Source of the DNA: Alphaproteobacteria bacterium
Lineage (GTDB): Bacteria; Pseudomonadota; Alphaproteobacteria; UBA6615
Reading direction: 5' to 3'
NCBI GenBank assembly: GCA_022449545.1
Contig: JAKUPN010000006.1
Coordinates: 13 to 64,012, forward strand
DNA: 64,000 nt
The notes under the pieces were generated by a model, which worked only from the letters and a program-made list of their open reading frames with translations, had not been told where the DNA came from and did not search any database. How positions within the stretch are numbered: the stretch's first letter is position 1; every line of letters begins with the position of its first letter. Of the stretch, positions 39,440 through 49,448 are shown piece by piece. A program made the position numbers and the translations under genes.

Positions 39440-41764
39440 ATGTTATCAAATAATTTAGAACAGTCACTGCATAGGGCCCTTGGTCTAGCTAATGAGCGTC
39501 ATCATGAATATGCAACTCTCGAACACCTCTTGCTTTCTCTAACTGATGACCAAGATGCAGTTGCTGTTCTAAAAGCATGTGGGGTAGATATAGATGGATT
39601 AAGAAGAAATCTCTCTAACTACATCGATGAGGAATTATCAAGCTTAATAACAAATAGAACAGATGAGGCTAAACCAACAGCTGGTTTCCAACGAGTTCTT
39701 CAAAGGGCTGCTATACATGTACAGTCGTCCGGACGAGAAGAGGTAACTGGTGCCAATGTTTTAGTAGCTGTGTTTTCCGAGCGCGAAAGTAATGCTGTCT
39801 ATTTTCTTCAGGAGCAAGAAATGACTAGGCTTGATGCTGTGAACTATATATCACACGGTATAGCCAAAGTTCCCGGACACGATGACAGCGGTATTGTTTC
39901 CGGGATGGATGATCAGGAGGACGATGAATATACTGTAAAGAAAGGTAAAGAAGCGCTAAATGCTTATTGTATTGATCTAAATCAAAAAGCTAAAGAAGGG
40001 GCTATTGACCCCTTGATTGGTCGCGAACATGAGGTCGATAGAACAATTCAGATACTAGCTCGTAGACAAAAAAATAATCCTCTTTATGTTGGGGAACCTG
40101 GCGTTGGAAAGACTGCTATAGCAGAAGGATTGGCTAAAAGAATTGTTGAGGGAGATGTTCCAGAAGTTCTAATTGATGCGAATATATATACGTTGGATAT
40201 GGGGTCTTTACTTGCAGGGACCCGTTACAGAGGTGATTTCGAAGAACGTATGAAGGCAGTAATGGCTGAAATATCTTCAATCGACGGTGCTATTTTGTTT
40301 ATTGACGAGATTCATACAATAATTGGTGCTGGAGCAACTTCAGGAGGAGCAATGGATGCTTCTAATTTGTTGAAACCTGCACTAGCGGGTGGAAAATTAA
40401 GATGTATTGGCTCAACAACATACAAAGAGTATAGAAACTACTTTGAAAAAGATCGTGCTCTGACCAGACGTTTTCAAAAAATTGATGTAAATGAACCATC
40501 TGTAGAGGACGCAATCAAGATTCTTCGTGGATTGAAAACTTATTACGAAGAACACCATGATATTAGATATACTGATCAGTCAATTAGAACTGCGGTCGAA
40601 TTGGCATCACGTCACATCGGTGAAAGAAAACTTCCTGACAGTGCAATAGATGTAATTGATGAGGTTGGTGCTGCTCAATCACTGCTGGCTCCATCAAAAA
40701 GAAAAAAAACAGTGGGAGTTAAGGACATTGAGTCAGTTATCTCAAAGATTGCTCGTATTCCTGCTAAGTCTGTTAGTCGTGATGATTTATCAACACTACA
40801 AAACCTTAAACGAGATCTTAGGAGGATGGTATTTGGTCAAGATACTGCAATTGACGAATTGTCCAGCGCTATAAAATTATCCAGAGCAGGATTACGAGAT
40901 AAAGAAAAGCCTATAGGCAGTTATTTATTTTCTGGTCCAACGGGAGTTGGAAAAACTGAGGTGGCAAGGCAATTGGCAATTGTGTTGGGTGTAGAGCTTA
41001 CTCGTTTTGATATGTCAGAATATATGGAGCGTCATTCTGTTTCTCGTCTTATAGGTGCTCCCCCTGGATATGTTGGTTTTGATCAGGGGGGGTTACTCAC
41101 TGATTCAATAGACCAGCATCCACATAGCGTTGTTCTGCTTGATGAAATAGAAAAGGCTCATCCAGATTTATTTAACATATTATTACAAGTAATGGATCAT
41201 GGAAAAATTACTGACCACAATGGAAAAACTGTAGATTGTAGAAATATTATTTTGATTATGACTACAAATGCTGGAGCAGCAGACCTTGCTAAACCGATGA
41301 TGGGATTTGGTGGCGGCAAGAGAGAAGGGGATGATCAAGAAGCTATTAATAGGATGTTTTCTCCTGAATTTCGTAATCGACTTGATGCAACAATAGGATT
41401 TAAAAATTTAAGTCCTGTTATCATGAATAAAGTTGTAGGCAAGTTCATCATGGAGTTGGAAGCTCAATTAAGTGATAGGGATGTCTCCATTGAGATAGAT
41501 GATGAGTCTTGTCGTTGGTTGGCAAAGAAAGGTTATGATGACCAGTTTGGAGCACGGCCGTTGGCAAGGGTAATACAAGATCAAATAAAAAAGCCTTTGG
41601 CAGAAGAACTTCTTTTCGGCAAAATATCAAAAGGAGGAACAGTAAAAGTTAGTATAAAGGAAGGTAAGTTAAAATTTAGACTAACTCAAAATAGGCCGAA
41701 AAAGATATCAGGCTCCTCTAGCAAGAAATCAGAAATTAAAAAACCAGAACTGGTAAAAAAATAA
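39440..41764 (+). CDS. clpA: ATP-dependent Clp protease ATP-binding subunit
   Basis: Two AAA+ modules (GEPGVGKT, GPTGVGKT), no ClpB middle domain, MGF loop; follows clpS. Confidence 0.97.
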   Translation: MLSNNLEQSLHRALGLANERHHEYATLEHLLLSLTDDQDAVAVLKACGVDIDGLRRNLSNYIDEELSSLITNRTDEAKPTAGFQRVLQRAAIHVQSSGREEVTGANVLVAVFSERESNAVYFLQEQEMTRLDAVNYISHGIAKVPGHDDSGIVSGMDDQEDDEYTVKKGKEALNAYCIDLNQKAKEGAIDPLIGREHEVDRTIQILARRQKNNPLYVGEPGVGKTAIAEGLAKRIVEGDVPEVLIDANIYTLDMGSLLAGTRYRGDFEERMKAVMAEISSIDGAILFIDEIHTIIGAGATSGGAMDASNLLKPALAGGKLRCIGSTTYKEYRNYFEKDRALTRRFQKIDVNEPSVEDAIKILRGLKTYYEEHHDIRYTDQSIRTAVELASRHIGERKLPDSAIDVIDEVGAAQSLLAPSKRKKTVGVKDIESVISKIARIPAKSVSRDDLSTLQNLKRDLRRMVFGQDTAIDELSSAIKLSRAGLRDKEKPIGSYLFSGPTGVGKTEVARQLAIVLGVELTRFDMSEYMERHSVSRLIGAPPGYVGFDQGGLLTDSIDQHPHSVVLLDEIEKAHPDLFNILLQVMDHGKITDHNGKTVDCRNIILIMTTNAGAADLAKPMMGFGGGKREGDDQEAINRMFSPEFRNRLDATIGFKNLSPVIMNKVVGKFIMELEAQLSDRDVSIEIDDESCRWLAKKGYDDQFGARPLARVIQDQIKKPLAEELLFGKISKGGTVKVSIKEGKLKFRLTQNRPKKISGSSSKKSEIKKPELVKK

Positions 41765-41768
41765 AAAA

Positions 41769-42929
41769 TTATTCTTTTATTTTGTATGGAGAAAAATCTG
41801 TGATCGCCTGAATTTCCCAGTCAATCTCACGCCTCTCTTCAGAACAAAAACGCTTTACGGCATCTTTAAATGAATCATTTGGGATATAGTGCCCACTGTA
41901 CGTTTCCACAGGTTCGTAACCTCTCTGTATTTTATGTGGTCCTTGCGTTCCAGCTTCAACAAATGAAATATTATTTTTTATGGCGAAGTCTATTGCCTGG
42001 TAATAGCAAGTTTCAAAATGTAGAAATTTGTATTCTTTTACGCAGCCCCAATTTCTACCAAATAAAGCGTTATCACTTCTTAGGTTTAGAGCACCAGCTA
42101 CTGGGGAGCTTTCATGTTCTGCCATCATTAATATAACTTTGTCACCAAGACTTTTTTGGATGAGTTCAAAAAAATCACGAGTCAAGTAGGGATAACCCCA
42201 CTTTCGGTCATAAGTGTCTACATAAAACTTATAAAAAGCATCCCAATGATCTATGGTAATTTCATCTCCTACTAATGGCTGTACTTTTAATCCTTGACTT
42301 ATAACGGAAAGCCTCTCTTTTCTTATTGTTTTACGTTTTCTACTAGTCAACTCTGATAAAAAATCATCAAAGCTATCATAATTCCGATTATGCCAATGAA
42401 ATTGTCTTCCAAGACGTTGAATCCATCCTGCTTTTCCCATTACTTCCCAGTCATTATGGTCGGAAAATGTTACGTGAACTGATGATATATTTAGTTTATC
42501 ACAAATATTTTCTAATGCTTTTAATAGTATTAATCTGTTTTTATTAGAATCTTTGCCAGAGCCAACCAGCAAACGTGGTCCGCTTACTGGTGAAAATGGT
42601 GATGATACTTGCATTTTTGGGTAGTAACTACCTCCAACTCGTTCCCAAGCATGCGCCCATCCGTGATCAAAAACATATTCACCTTGGGAATGACTCTTAA
42701 TATATAATGGGGCAGCAGCAATTATTTTGTTTTTTGAATTTTCAATTACTAAATGGTGAGGTAGCCAGCCTGTTTCGTTAGAGACACATCCTGTTTCTTC
42801 TAACGCGTTTAAGAAGGCATGACTAATGAACGGATTATCTGATCCCGTTAAATTATCCCAGACAGGTCCAGGTATATCAGATATACTTTCTATTACTCTT
42901 GCTTTTATATGAGTATTACTGTCAGTCAT
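41769..42929 (-). CDS. GNAT/FemAB-like protein (DUF482 type)
   Basis: HSQGEYVFDHGWA, YYPK, LFGRNWG, LHFETCYYQAID, QGPHK. Confidence 0.9.
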   Translation of the reverse strand: MTDSNTHIKARVIESISDIPGPVWDNLTGSDNPFISHAFLNALEETGCVSNETGWLPHHLVIENSKNKIIAAAPLYIKSHSQGEYVFDHGWAHAWERVGGSYYPKMQVSSPFSPVSGPRLLVGSGKDSNKNRLILLKALENICDKLNISSVHVTFSDHNDWEVMGKAGWIQRLGRQFHWHNRNYDSFDDFLSELTSRKRKTIRKERLSVISQGLKVQPLVGDEITIDHWDAFYKFYVDTYDRKWGYPYLTRDFFELIQKSLGDKVILMMAEHESSPVAGALNLRSDNALFGRNWGCVKEYKFLHFETCYYQAIDFAIKNNISFVEAGTQGPHKIQRGYEPVETYSGHYIPNDSFKDAVKRFCSEERREIDWEIQAITDFSPYKIKE

Positions 42930-42952
42930 TTATATACACTATAATATTAATT

Positions 42953-43429
42953 TTATTTTGTTTCGAATATTGCTTCTACCTCTACAGAAACGTTTAATGG
43001 TAAAGAAGAAACGCCTACCGCCGCTCGAGCGTGACGGCCGCTCTCTCTAAAAATCTCAACCATAAGATCTGATGCACCATTTATTACTTTAGGTTGATCT
43101 CCATAATCATCGGTAGATGCAACATAACCTACAAGTTTTACACAACGGACTATTAAATCTAAATTACCACCTAACGCTTGTTTAGCTATAGAGATAATAG
43201 ATAAACCGCATAGGCGAGCCGCCTTATTTCCATCATCGGTAGACACATTTTTACCTAATTTTCCTATGAAAGCTGGTTTCCCATCTATCATTGGTATTTG
43301 TCCTGATATGTATAAATAGTTTCCAGTAATTACATAGGGAACATAGTTTGCTAGAGGTAAATTTGCATCTGGTAATAATATTTTTAGTTCATTCAATCTA
43401 TCATCTATTAAATTTTTCAAAATGGTCAC
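42953..43429 (-). CDS. RidA/YjgF family protein
   Basis: ANYVP, ISGQIP, INGASDL, HARAAVG, VEVEAIFE. Confidence 0.92.
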   Translation of the reverse strand: MTILKNLIDDRLNELKILLPDANLPLANYVPYVITGNYLYISGQIPMIDGKPAFIGKLGKNVSTDDGNKAARLCGLSIISIAKQALGGNLDLIVRCVKLVGYVASTDDYGDQPKVINGASDLMVEIFRESGRHARAAVGVSSLPLNVSVEVEAIFETK

Positions 43430-43465
43430 TCCTTATTACTCAATCAATTAATATCTATTGAATTT

Positions 43466-43498
43466 AAAAAAATGGGATGTGCTGTTAAGCACATCCCA
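43466..43498 (-). terminator. Intrinsic terminator downstream of nrdJ
   Basis: TGGGATGTGCT-GTTA-AGCACATCCCA perfect stem; A7 on + gives U7 tail on minus. Confidence 0.9.
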
Positions 43499-43586
43499 AG
43501 TTCAGGGAGGAGAGAGACCCAACGCCTGGGAGAGAAATGGCGAGGGCCTCTGATTCGATCGAGCAAATATGATGCTCAGACCGAAT
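43466..43586 (-). ncRNA. Candidate anti-SD sRNA in nrdJ 3' UTR (suhB/MmgR- or cuckoo-like layout)
   Basis: Three consecutive hairpins on minus strand; loop AUUUCUCUCCCA; single-stranded CUCCUCCCUGAACUU before terminator. Confidence 0.65.
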
Positions 43587-43590
43587 TGCT

Positions 43591-46500
43591 TTAGCTACAC
43601 CCGCTTGTTGCTCCGCAGGTGTCGCATTTAAGACAAGTTCCGTTTCTAACCATTGTAAAATTTCCACATTCTGTACAAGAGTCTCCTTCATAACCCTTGA
43701 TACGTGCGTTACGAATTCTTTCTGTTCGTTCTTCTTGAACGATGTATTCGAGATCTAACTGTTTGCCTGTATTTGTAGGCATAGTGAGGATATCAGCTTT
43801 TGCATGGATGGAGTTATCTGTTCCTGTAGCTTTAGTCAGGTGAGCGGAGTCTTCTGTGTTCTGTATGCTTTCGTTGTTTTGTTTGCCTCCTTCTATGACA
43901 GAAAGATTACTTCTAATGTAGCCATTACTCACTGCAAGACCAACGGGAGGCAATTCTGGAATCAGTGTTTCATCAGATTTTCCTCTGCCCATAGTGTCTG
44001 GTTCAAGATCGTCTATTTCAACATGAGCTAAATCATGACGTCCCATGTAACTTATCGCTATTTCGCGAAAAATATAATCTAAAATAGAGCTAGACATTTT
44101 GATGGCGTCATTTCCTTCTACTGGTCCTGATGGTTCAAACCTAGTGAAGGTGTAAGCATCTACAAATTCCTCTAGGGGAACTCCATACTGAAGTCCAATC
44201 GATATAGCTATTGCAAAATTATTCATCAATGAGCGGAAGGCAGCACCTTCTTTATGCATGTCTAGAAAAATCTCTCCTAAAGATCCGTCATCATATTCGC
44301 CAGTTCGAATATAAACTTTGTGCCCACCTACTATGGCTTTTTGGGTATATCCTTTTCTACGATCAGGAAGTCGTTTCCGCTTAGCTTCTCTTTTGATAAC
44401 GTTCTCAACAATCTTCTCTGCAATTATATTCGTTTTATTCGTAGTCGAGGATTCATTATACTCGTCTAACATGTCCTCTGTTTCGCTAAAGCCAAAGAAA
44501 TTTGATTGTAATGGTTGGCTAAGTTTGGAACCATCACGGTATAAAGCATTTGCCTTTAGACCTAATTCCCAAGATAGAAAATACGCGTTTTCACAATCAT
44601 GTATTGATGCTTCATTTGGCATATTAATTGTCTTAGAAATAGCACCACTTATGAATGGTTGAGTACCAGCCATCATTTTTATATGGCTTTCAGTTGAAAG
44701 ATATCGTGTACCGGTTCGACCGCAAGGGTTGGCACAATCAAATACATTTAAGTGTTGTGTCTTAATATGAGGAGCACCTTCTATGGTCATAGCTCCACAG
44801 GCATAAACGTTGGCCGCTTCTATTTCCTGTTCAGAGAATCCAAGAAAATCTAGCATATTGAAGTCATATTGATTTAGTTCTTCATTATTTATACCAAGAA
44901 CCTCAGTGCAAAATGTTTCACCCAAGGTCCATTTATTGAAAACAAATTGTATATCAAATGAACTAGCAATAGCCTTTTCGATTGCATCAATTTGAACACT
45001 ACCAAAATTCATTTCTTTAAGTTTTGTATGATTTATATGAGGGGCATTGAGTAAAGAGCCATGCCCTATAGCAAAGTTAACTATTTCAGTCACTTCTATG
45101 GGGTTATAACCTAGGGATATTAGACCTTCAGTTACCATCTGATTAATAATCTTAAAGTATCCTCCACCAGCTAGTTTTTTAAACTTAACTATAGAAAAAT
45201 CTGGCTCAATACCCGTCGTATCACAGTCCATCACCAAACCTATTGTACCCGTAGGAGCGATGACTGTAGTTTGGGCATTTCGAAACCCATATTTTGAGCC
45301 TAGTTTTAAGGCTCTGTCCCATGCCTTTTTGGCGGCTTTAGTCACTTTCTTACTCTGGGGATCTTTCGGAGTTAGTGGAATAGGGTAAATTGAAAGTCCT
45401 TCATAATTCGTTTTTTCGCCAAAGGCTGCTCGTTTATGATTACGAATTACTTTTAACATTTCGTTAGAATTTATTTTGTAGCCAGGGAAAGCTCCCATCT
45501 CACCGGCAACTTCCGCAGAAGTTTCATACGCAATACCAGTCATTAGTGCAGATATTGAGGCACATAAGTTTCGACCTTCATCACTGTCATATCCTATTCC
45601 TGATGCCATCAGTAGACCGCCTAAGTTTGCGAAACCCAATCCTAATGTTCTGAAATCATAACTACGTTGGGCTATTTCCTTGGATGGAAATTGAGCCATC
45701 AAGACAGATATTTCCAGTGTTAAGGTCCAAAGCTTAACGGCGTGCTCAAAATTTTCAGTGTTGAAGGACTTATCATCATTACGAAACTTCAGAAGGTTTA
45801 GGGAGGCTAAGTTACAAGCTGTGTCATCCAGAAACATGTATTCAGAGCAAGGATTTGAAGCATTGATACGCCCAGAATTAGGGCAGGTATGCCATTCATT
45901 TATAGTAGTGTCGAACTGTACTCCTGGATCAGCGCTTGACCATGCAGCAGAACAAATCTTATCCCATAATTTTGTCGCTTCTATCGTGCTAGAAACCGAT
46001 CCATCTGTGCGGGCTCGTAATTCCCAGATATCATTAGCTTTAACGGCAGAAAGAAAACTATTTGTTATACGAACTGAGTTATTTGAATTTTGTCCAGACA
46101 CAGTGTTATAGGCTTCTGAATCCCAGTCTATGTCATACACAGAAAAACTAATTTCTTTGTAGCCTTGTTGTGCAAGTTGAATACATTTATGGATATAACT
46201 TTCTGGCACCATATCTTTGCGGGCCAGTAATATAGCTTTTTTTAAAGTAGGGTTTTCTGCGGGAAGAAATCTTTCATCACTATCACTGTCAAATTCATCT
46301 TGATGACATGCTTGAATGATAGAATTCAATCGTTTGAAGCAGATTTTTGAGCCAGTTACTATTGAGGCTACTTTTTGTTCCTCTATAACCTTCCAATCTA
46401 TAAACTCTTCAACGTCAGGATGGTCAATATCAACAACAACCATTTTCGCCGCTCTTCTTGTGGTTCCGCCAGATTTTATAGCCCCAGCAGAGCGATCGCC

Positions 46501-47280
46501 TATTCGCAGAAAGCTCATAAGTCCAGAAGATTTCCCTCCGCCTGAGAGTGATTCACCGCTAGACCGTATATTTGAAAAATTCGTACCAGAACCCGATCCG
46601 TATTTGAAAAGACGTGCTTCACGTGTCCATAGATCCATTATTCCCCCGTCTGTTACAAGATCATCTGAAACGGATTGAATAAAACAGGCATGAGGTTGTG
46701 GATGTTCATAGGCACTGGACGATTTAATTAACTTGCTAGTTTCGTAGTCTACGAAGTAGTGGCCCTGACCTGGGCTATCTATACCATAAGCCCAATGCAA
46801 GCCAGTATTAAACCATTGTGGGCTATTTGGAGCTGCCATCTGGTGGGCAAGGGTGTATCTTATTTCATCAAAATATATTTTTGCATCCTCTTCACTATCA
46901 AAATATCCTCCTTTCCAACCCCAATAAGCCCAAGTGCCAGCCATACGATTAAATACTTGTCTAGCGTCTGCTTCAGAAACATATTTTTGGTCATTTGATA
47001 GTTTCTCTAGTTCTTTTTTGTTTTCCGTGTGCTTCCACAAAAATTCTGGAACGTCATCTTCTGCTATAGCTATTAGTGCTGATGGTACTCCCGCTCTACG
47101 AAAATATTTTTGTGCGAGTATATCACATGCAACTTGGCTCCAGTGTTCAGGAACCATTATATCATCAGCAGAAAAAACAACCGATCCGTCAGGATTACGT
47201 ATCTCACTAGACGTTTTATGAAACGTTATGTTCTGATATGGGCTCTCGCTCCCATTAGTTAGGCGGCGCTCAATCCGCAT
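43591..47280 (-). CDS. nrdJ: Adenosylcobalamin-dependent (class II) ribonucleotide reductase
   Basis: [33 protein letters not shown]-terminal [19 protein letters not shown]. Confidence 0.96.
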   Translation of the reverse strand: MRIERRLTNGSESPYQNITFHKTSSEIRNPDGSVVFSADDIMVPEHWSQVACDILAQKYFRRAGVPSALIAIAEDDVPEFLWKHTENKKELEKLSNDQKYVSEADARQVFNRMAGTWAYWGWKGGYFDSEEDAKIYFDEIRYTLAHQMAAPNSPQWFNTGLHWAYGIDSPGQGHYFVDYETSKLIKSSSAYEHPQPHACFIQSVSDDLVTDGGIMDLWTREARLFKYGSGSGTNFSNIRSSGESLSGGGKSSGLMSFLRIGDRSAGAIKSGGTTRRAAKMVVVDIDHPDVEEFIDWKVIEEQKVASIVTGSKICFKRLNSIIQACHQDEFDSDSDERFLPAENPTLKKAILLARKDMVPESYIHKCIQLAQQGYKEISFSVYDIDWDSEAYNTVSGQNSNNSVRITNSFLSAVKANDIWELRARTDGSVSSTIEATKLWDKICSAAWSSADPGVQFDTTINEWHTCPNSGRINASNPCSEYMFLDDTACNLASLNLLKFRNDDKSFNTENFEHAVKLWTLTLEISVLMAQFPSKEIAQRSYDFRTLGLGFANLGGLLMASGIGYDSDEGRNLCASISALMTGIAYETSAEVAGEMGAFPGYKINSNEMLKVIRNHKRAAFGEKTNYEGLSIYPIPLTPKDPQSKKVTKAAKKAWDRALKLGSKYGFRNAQTTVIAPTGTIGLVMDCDTTGIEPDFSIVKFKKLAGGGYFKIINQMVTEGLISLGYNPIEVTEIVNFAIGHGSLLNAPHINHTKLKEMNFGSVQIDAIEKAIASSFDIQFVFNKWTLGETFCTEVLGINNEELNQYDFNMLDFLGFSEQEIEAANVYACGAMTIEGAPHIKTQHLNVFDCANPCGRTGTRYLSTESHIKMMAGTQPFISGAISKTINMPNEASIHDCENAYFLSWELGLKANALYRDGSKLSQPLQSNFFGFSETEDMLDEYNESSTTNKTNIIAEKIVENVIKREAKRKRLPDRRKGYTQKAIVGGHKVYIRTGEYDDGSLGEIFLDMHKEGAAFRSLMNNFAIAISIGLQYGVPLEEFVDAYTFTRFEPSGPVEGNDAIKMSSSILDYIFREIAISYMGRHDLAHVEIDDLEPDTMGRGKSDETLIPELPPVGLAVSNGYIRSNLSVIEGGKQNNESIQNTEDSAHLTKATGTDNSIHAKADILTMPTNTGKQLDLEYIVQEERTERIRNARIKGYEGDSCTECGNFTMVRNGTCLKCDTCGATSGCS

Positions 47281-47427
47281 ATTTTAACTCCTACATACAC
47301 ACAGTTTTCGTTGTGGGCCTACAAAAACTATAAAACCAGGTTATCTGTGTAGGTTCTTGTTTTATCCCCTAACCGTTCACAGCTTTTTCGAGTCGTTTTA
47401 TAGATAGAATCATCTTATGTTCCTACG

Positions 47428-47493
47428 CTACAATATATTGTCATATATGTAGGCTATACTACTACATATTTACGTATCAACTACATTTTGTGT
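47428..47493. promoter_or_regulatory. NrdR boxes upstream of nrdJ
   Basis: Palindrome ACAATATATTGT 47430-41; weaker ACTACATATTTA 47461-72 (31 bp away) and ACTACATTTTGT 47480-91. Confidence 0.7.
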
Positions 47494-47661
47494 TTTTTAA
47501 TTTATAAAAAGTATATATGGTGGCTAATAGTGGGAGAAACCCTTGCCAATTGAGATACGCAGATGGGTAGACGGTGAAGGGTAGATGGTGCCATATTTAT
47601 AGGATATTAAGAGACTCGGTTACAAAAAACATTTGTTATGAACAAAATAGGATAAACATGC

Positions 47662-48015
47662 ATGGCCACATTAGGGACATTACTTAAAACTTGGTTGAAA
47701 GGTATTAAGGTCGGCGAAGACTCGTTTGGAAATAAATACTATAGATCCAAGAATGCTGATAATTATGGTCGTGCTAAAAGATGGGTTGTTTATAATGGAC
47801 AACCTGAGGCGAGCAAAGTTCCTCCTGAATGGCATGCTTGGTTGCATTATATGGTTGAAGATCCTTTGCTGGATAATAATCGGTATGATTGGCAAAAGGA
47901 TCACTTACCAAATTTGACGGGCACGGTAGCGTCATATGCGCCTGATGGAAGTGTGCATAGCGGAGGAACACGACCAGCTAGTTTAGGTGATTATGAACCC
48001 TGGACCCCAAACTAA
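47662..48015 (+). CDS. NADH:ubiquinone oxidoreductase NDUFA12 (17.2 kDa) family subunit
   Basis: VGEDSFGNKYY, RWVVY, VPPEWHAWLH, PNLTGT, YEPWTP. Confidence 0.95.
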   Translation: MATLGTLLKTWLKGIKVGEDSFGNKYYRSKNADNYGRAKRWVVYNGQPEASKVPPEWHAWLHYMVEDPLLDNNRYDWQKDHLPNLTGTVASYAPDGSVHSGGTRPASLGDYEPWTPN

Positions 48016-48042
48016 ATATTTTCTTTTAAGACGTGCTGATGG

Positions 48043-48534
48043 TTGCTTATGGGCTTAATGAAATCTGAATACTATGAGATTGCCGTTGGCATAGGGTTCT
48101 CAGTTATTTTAATCATTCTTGTTTCTTTTGTATTTATGACAAAAGAAGATAAAAATAACACCATTATGGTAGTTGCAAAATTTAATAACGTTGATGGGTT
48201 AAAAGTCGGCGATCACGTTAGGGCAGCTGGTATATCAGTAGGAAAAATCGCGAAAATATCTATAGGTGAAGATTTTAAAGTAATCACCGTTTTAAGGATA
48301 ATTGACACATTATCATTGGATGAAGATACAACTGCCTCAATCGTAACTGACGGGCTTTTTGGAGAAAAGTCTATACAATTGAGTATTGGAGGCAGTGATA
48401 AAATAATAAATAATGGTGGTGAAATAAACTTTACAGAGGATTCTCTGATTTTGGATGACCTCCTTGAGTTAATTGTAAATCAGAAGGATCAATATTCTAA
48501 AGAAACTAACCAGCTTTTGAGGGGAGTAAAGTGA
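48043..48534 (+). CDS. mlaD: MlaD/MCE-domain protein (copy 1)
   Basis: N-terminal TM, AKFNNVDGLKVGDHVRAAGISVG, GLFGEK; start uncertain. Confidence 0.8.
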   Translation: MLMGLMKSEYYEIAVGIGFSVILIILVSFVFMTKEDKNNTIMVVAKFNNVDGLKVGDHVRAAGISVGKIAKISIGEDFKVITVLRIIDTLSLDEDTTASIVTDGLFGEKSIQLSIGGSDKIINNGGEINFTEDSLILDDLLELIVNQKDQYSKETNQLLRGVK

Positions 48535-48980
48535 ACCGTTCAACATTAGAAACTTTTCTCGGGGTATTTGTTATATTAGTAACTCTTGGATTTTTAATAT
48601 TTATTCTACAACTATCTGATTTTACTTCCAAAGATAGAACTGTTTATGAGGCGCGATTTTTAAAAGTTGGCGGTTTGGAAAAAGGAAATGAGGTTAGAAT
48701 AGGCGGGGTAAAGGTCGGAACAATCATTGTTAGAGATCTTGATGCCGCAAATTTTGAAGCTATTATTAAATTCAATGTGGACTCGAGTATAAAATTACCT
48801 ATTGATACAAAGGCTATGGTAATAGGACAAGGGTTTTTGGGTGAGAAGTATTTACGACTTACACCAGGGAAATCGAAAGACCACATAAAGCCTGAGCGCC
48901 AAGTTATGAACACTGTTGACTATAAATCATTAGAGGACACTGTTTCTAAAATTATATTTATGGCAACGGAAGAAAAGTGA
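48531..48980 (+). CDS. mlaD: MlaD/MCE-domain protein (copy 2)
   Basis: ETFLG + TM, GGLEKGNEVRIGGVKVG, GFLGEKYLRLTPG. Confidence 0.85.
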   Translation: MNRSTLETFLGVFVILVTLGFLIFILQLSDFTSKDRTVYEARFLKVGGLEKGNEVRIGGVKVGTIIVRDLDAANFEAIIKFNVDSSIKLPIDTKAMVIGQGFLGEKYLRLTPGKSKDHIKPERQVMNTVDYKSLEDTVSKIIFMATEEK

Positions 48981-48989
48981 GATTATTTT

Positions 48990-49448
48990 ATGTCTGTTAG
49001 ACGATGTTTAACGACTAAGATCTTGGTTTTTTTGGTATGCATTCTTTTAATTGTTGTTATTCCCTCAAGTAAAGGAGCCAATTCTCAGACAAATCTTCTA
49101 AATAGCTTTCCTTTTCTAGAAAATAATAAAATAGCGGTTTTGCAGGGACTTGATAAGGTTACGGCTAGAATATCGACATTATACGTATCAATAGATGAAA
49201 ATGTTCTCTTTGGTACTTTGTCAATTAATGTTCGAGCATGTTTTAAAACACCGCCTACTGAACCTCCAGAAAGTATCGCGTTTATAGAGATACATAAAAT
49301 TATTGACGGCAGACAAGTGGCTAATTTATTCACTGGTTGGATGTTTGCTTCTAGTCCGGCATTGTCTGCTTTAGAACATGCAGTTTATGACGTTTGGGTA
49401 GTTGATTGCACAAATAGTTCAAATTCTTCTAATACCAAATTTGAATGA
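48990..49448 (+). CDS. DUF2155 domain protein
   Basis: LQGLDKVTAR, PPTEPPE, FTGWMFASSPALSALEHAVYDVWV. Confidence 0.9.
   Translation: MSVRRCLTTKILVFLVCILLIVVIPSSKGANSQTNLLNSFPFLENNKIAVLQGLDKVTARISTLYVSIDENVLFGTLSINVRACFKTPPTEPPESIAFIEIHKIIDGRQVANLFTGWMFASSPALSALEHAVYDVWVVDCTNSSNSSNTKFE

Noticed and set aside
43485..43691. 68-aa minus-strand ORF overlapping the nrdJ end
   Set aside because: Out-of-frame shadow of nrdJ that runs into the terminator; better explained by the structured RNA
43591..47280. Intein or intron in nrdJ
   Set aside because: Continuous ORF of normal size for long alphaproteobacterial NrdJ; no intein boundary or homing-endonuclease motifs seen
47281..47661. Cobalamin riboswitch upstream of nrdJ
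   Set aside because: No B12-box or conserved core recognisable on either strand
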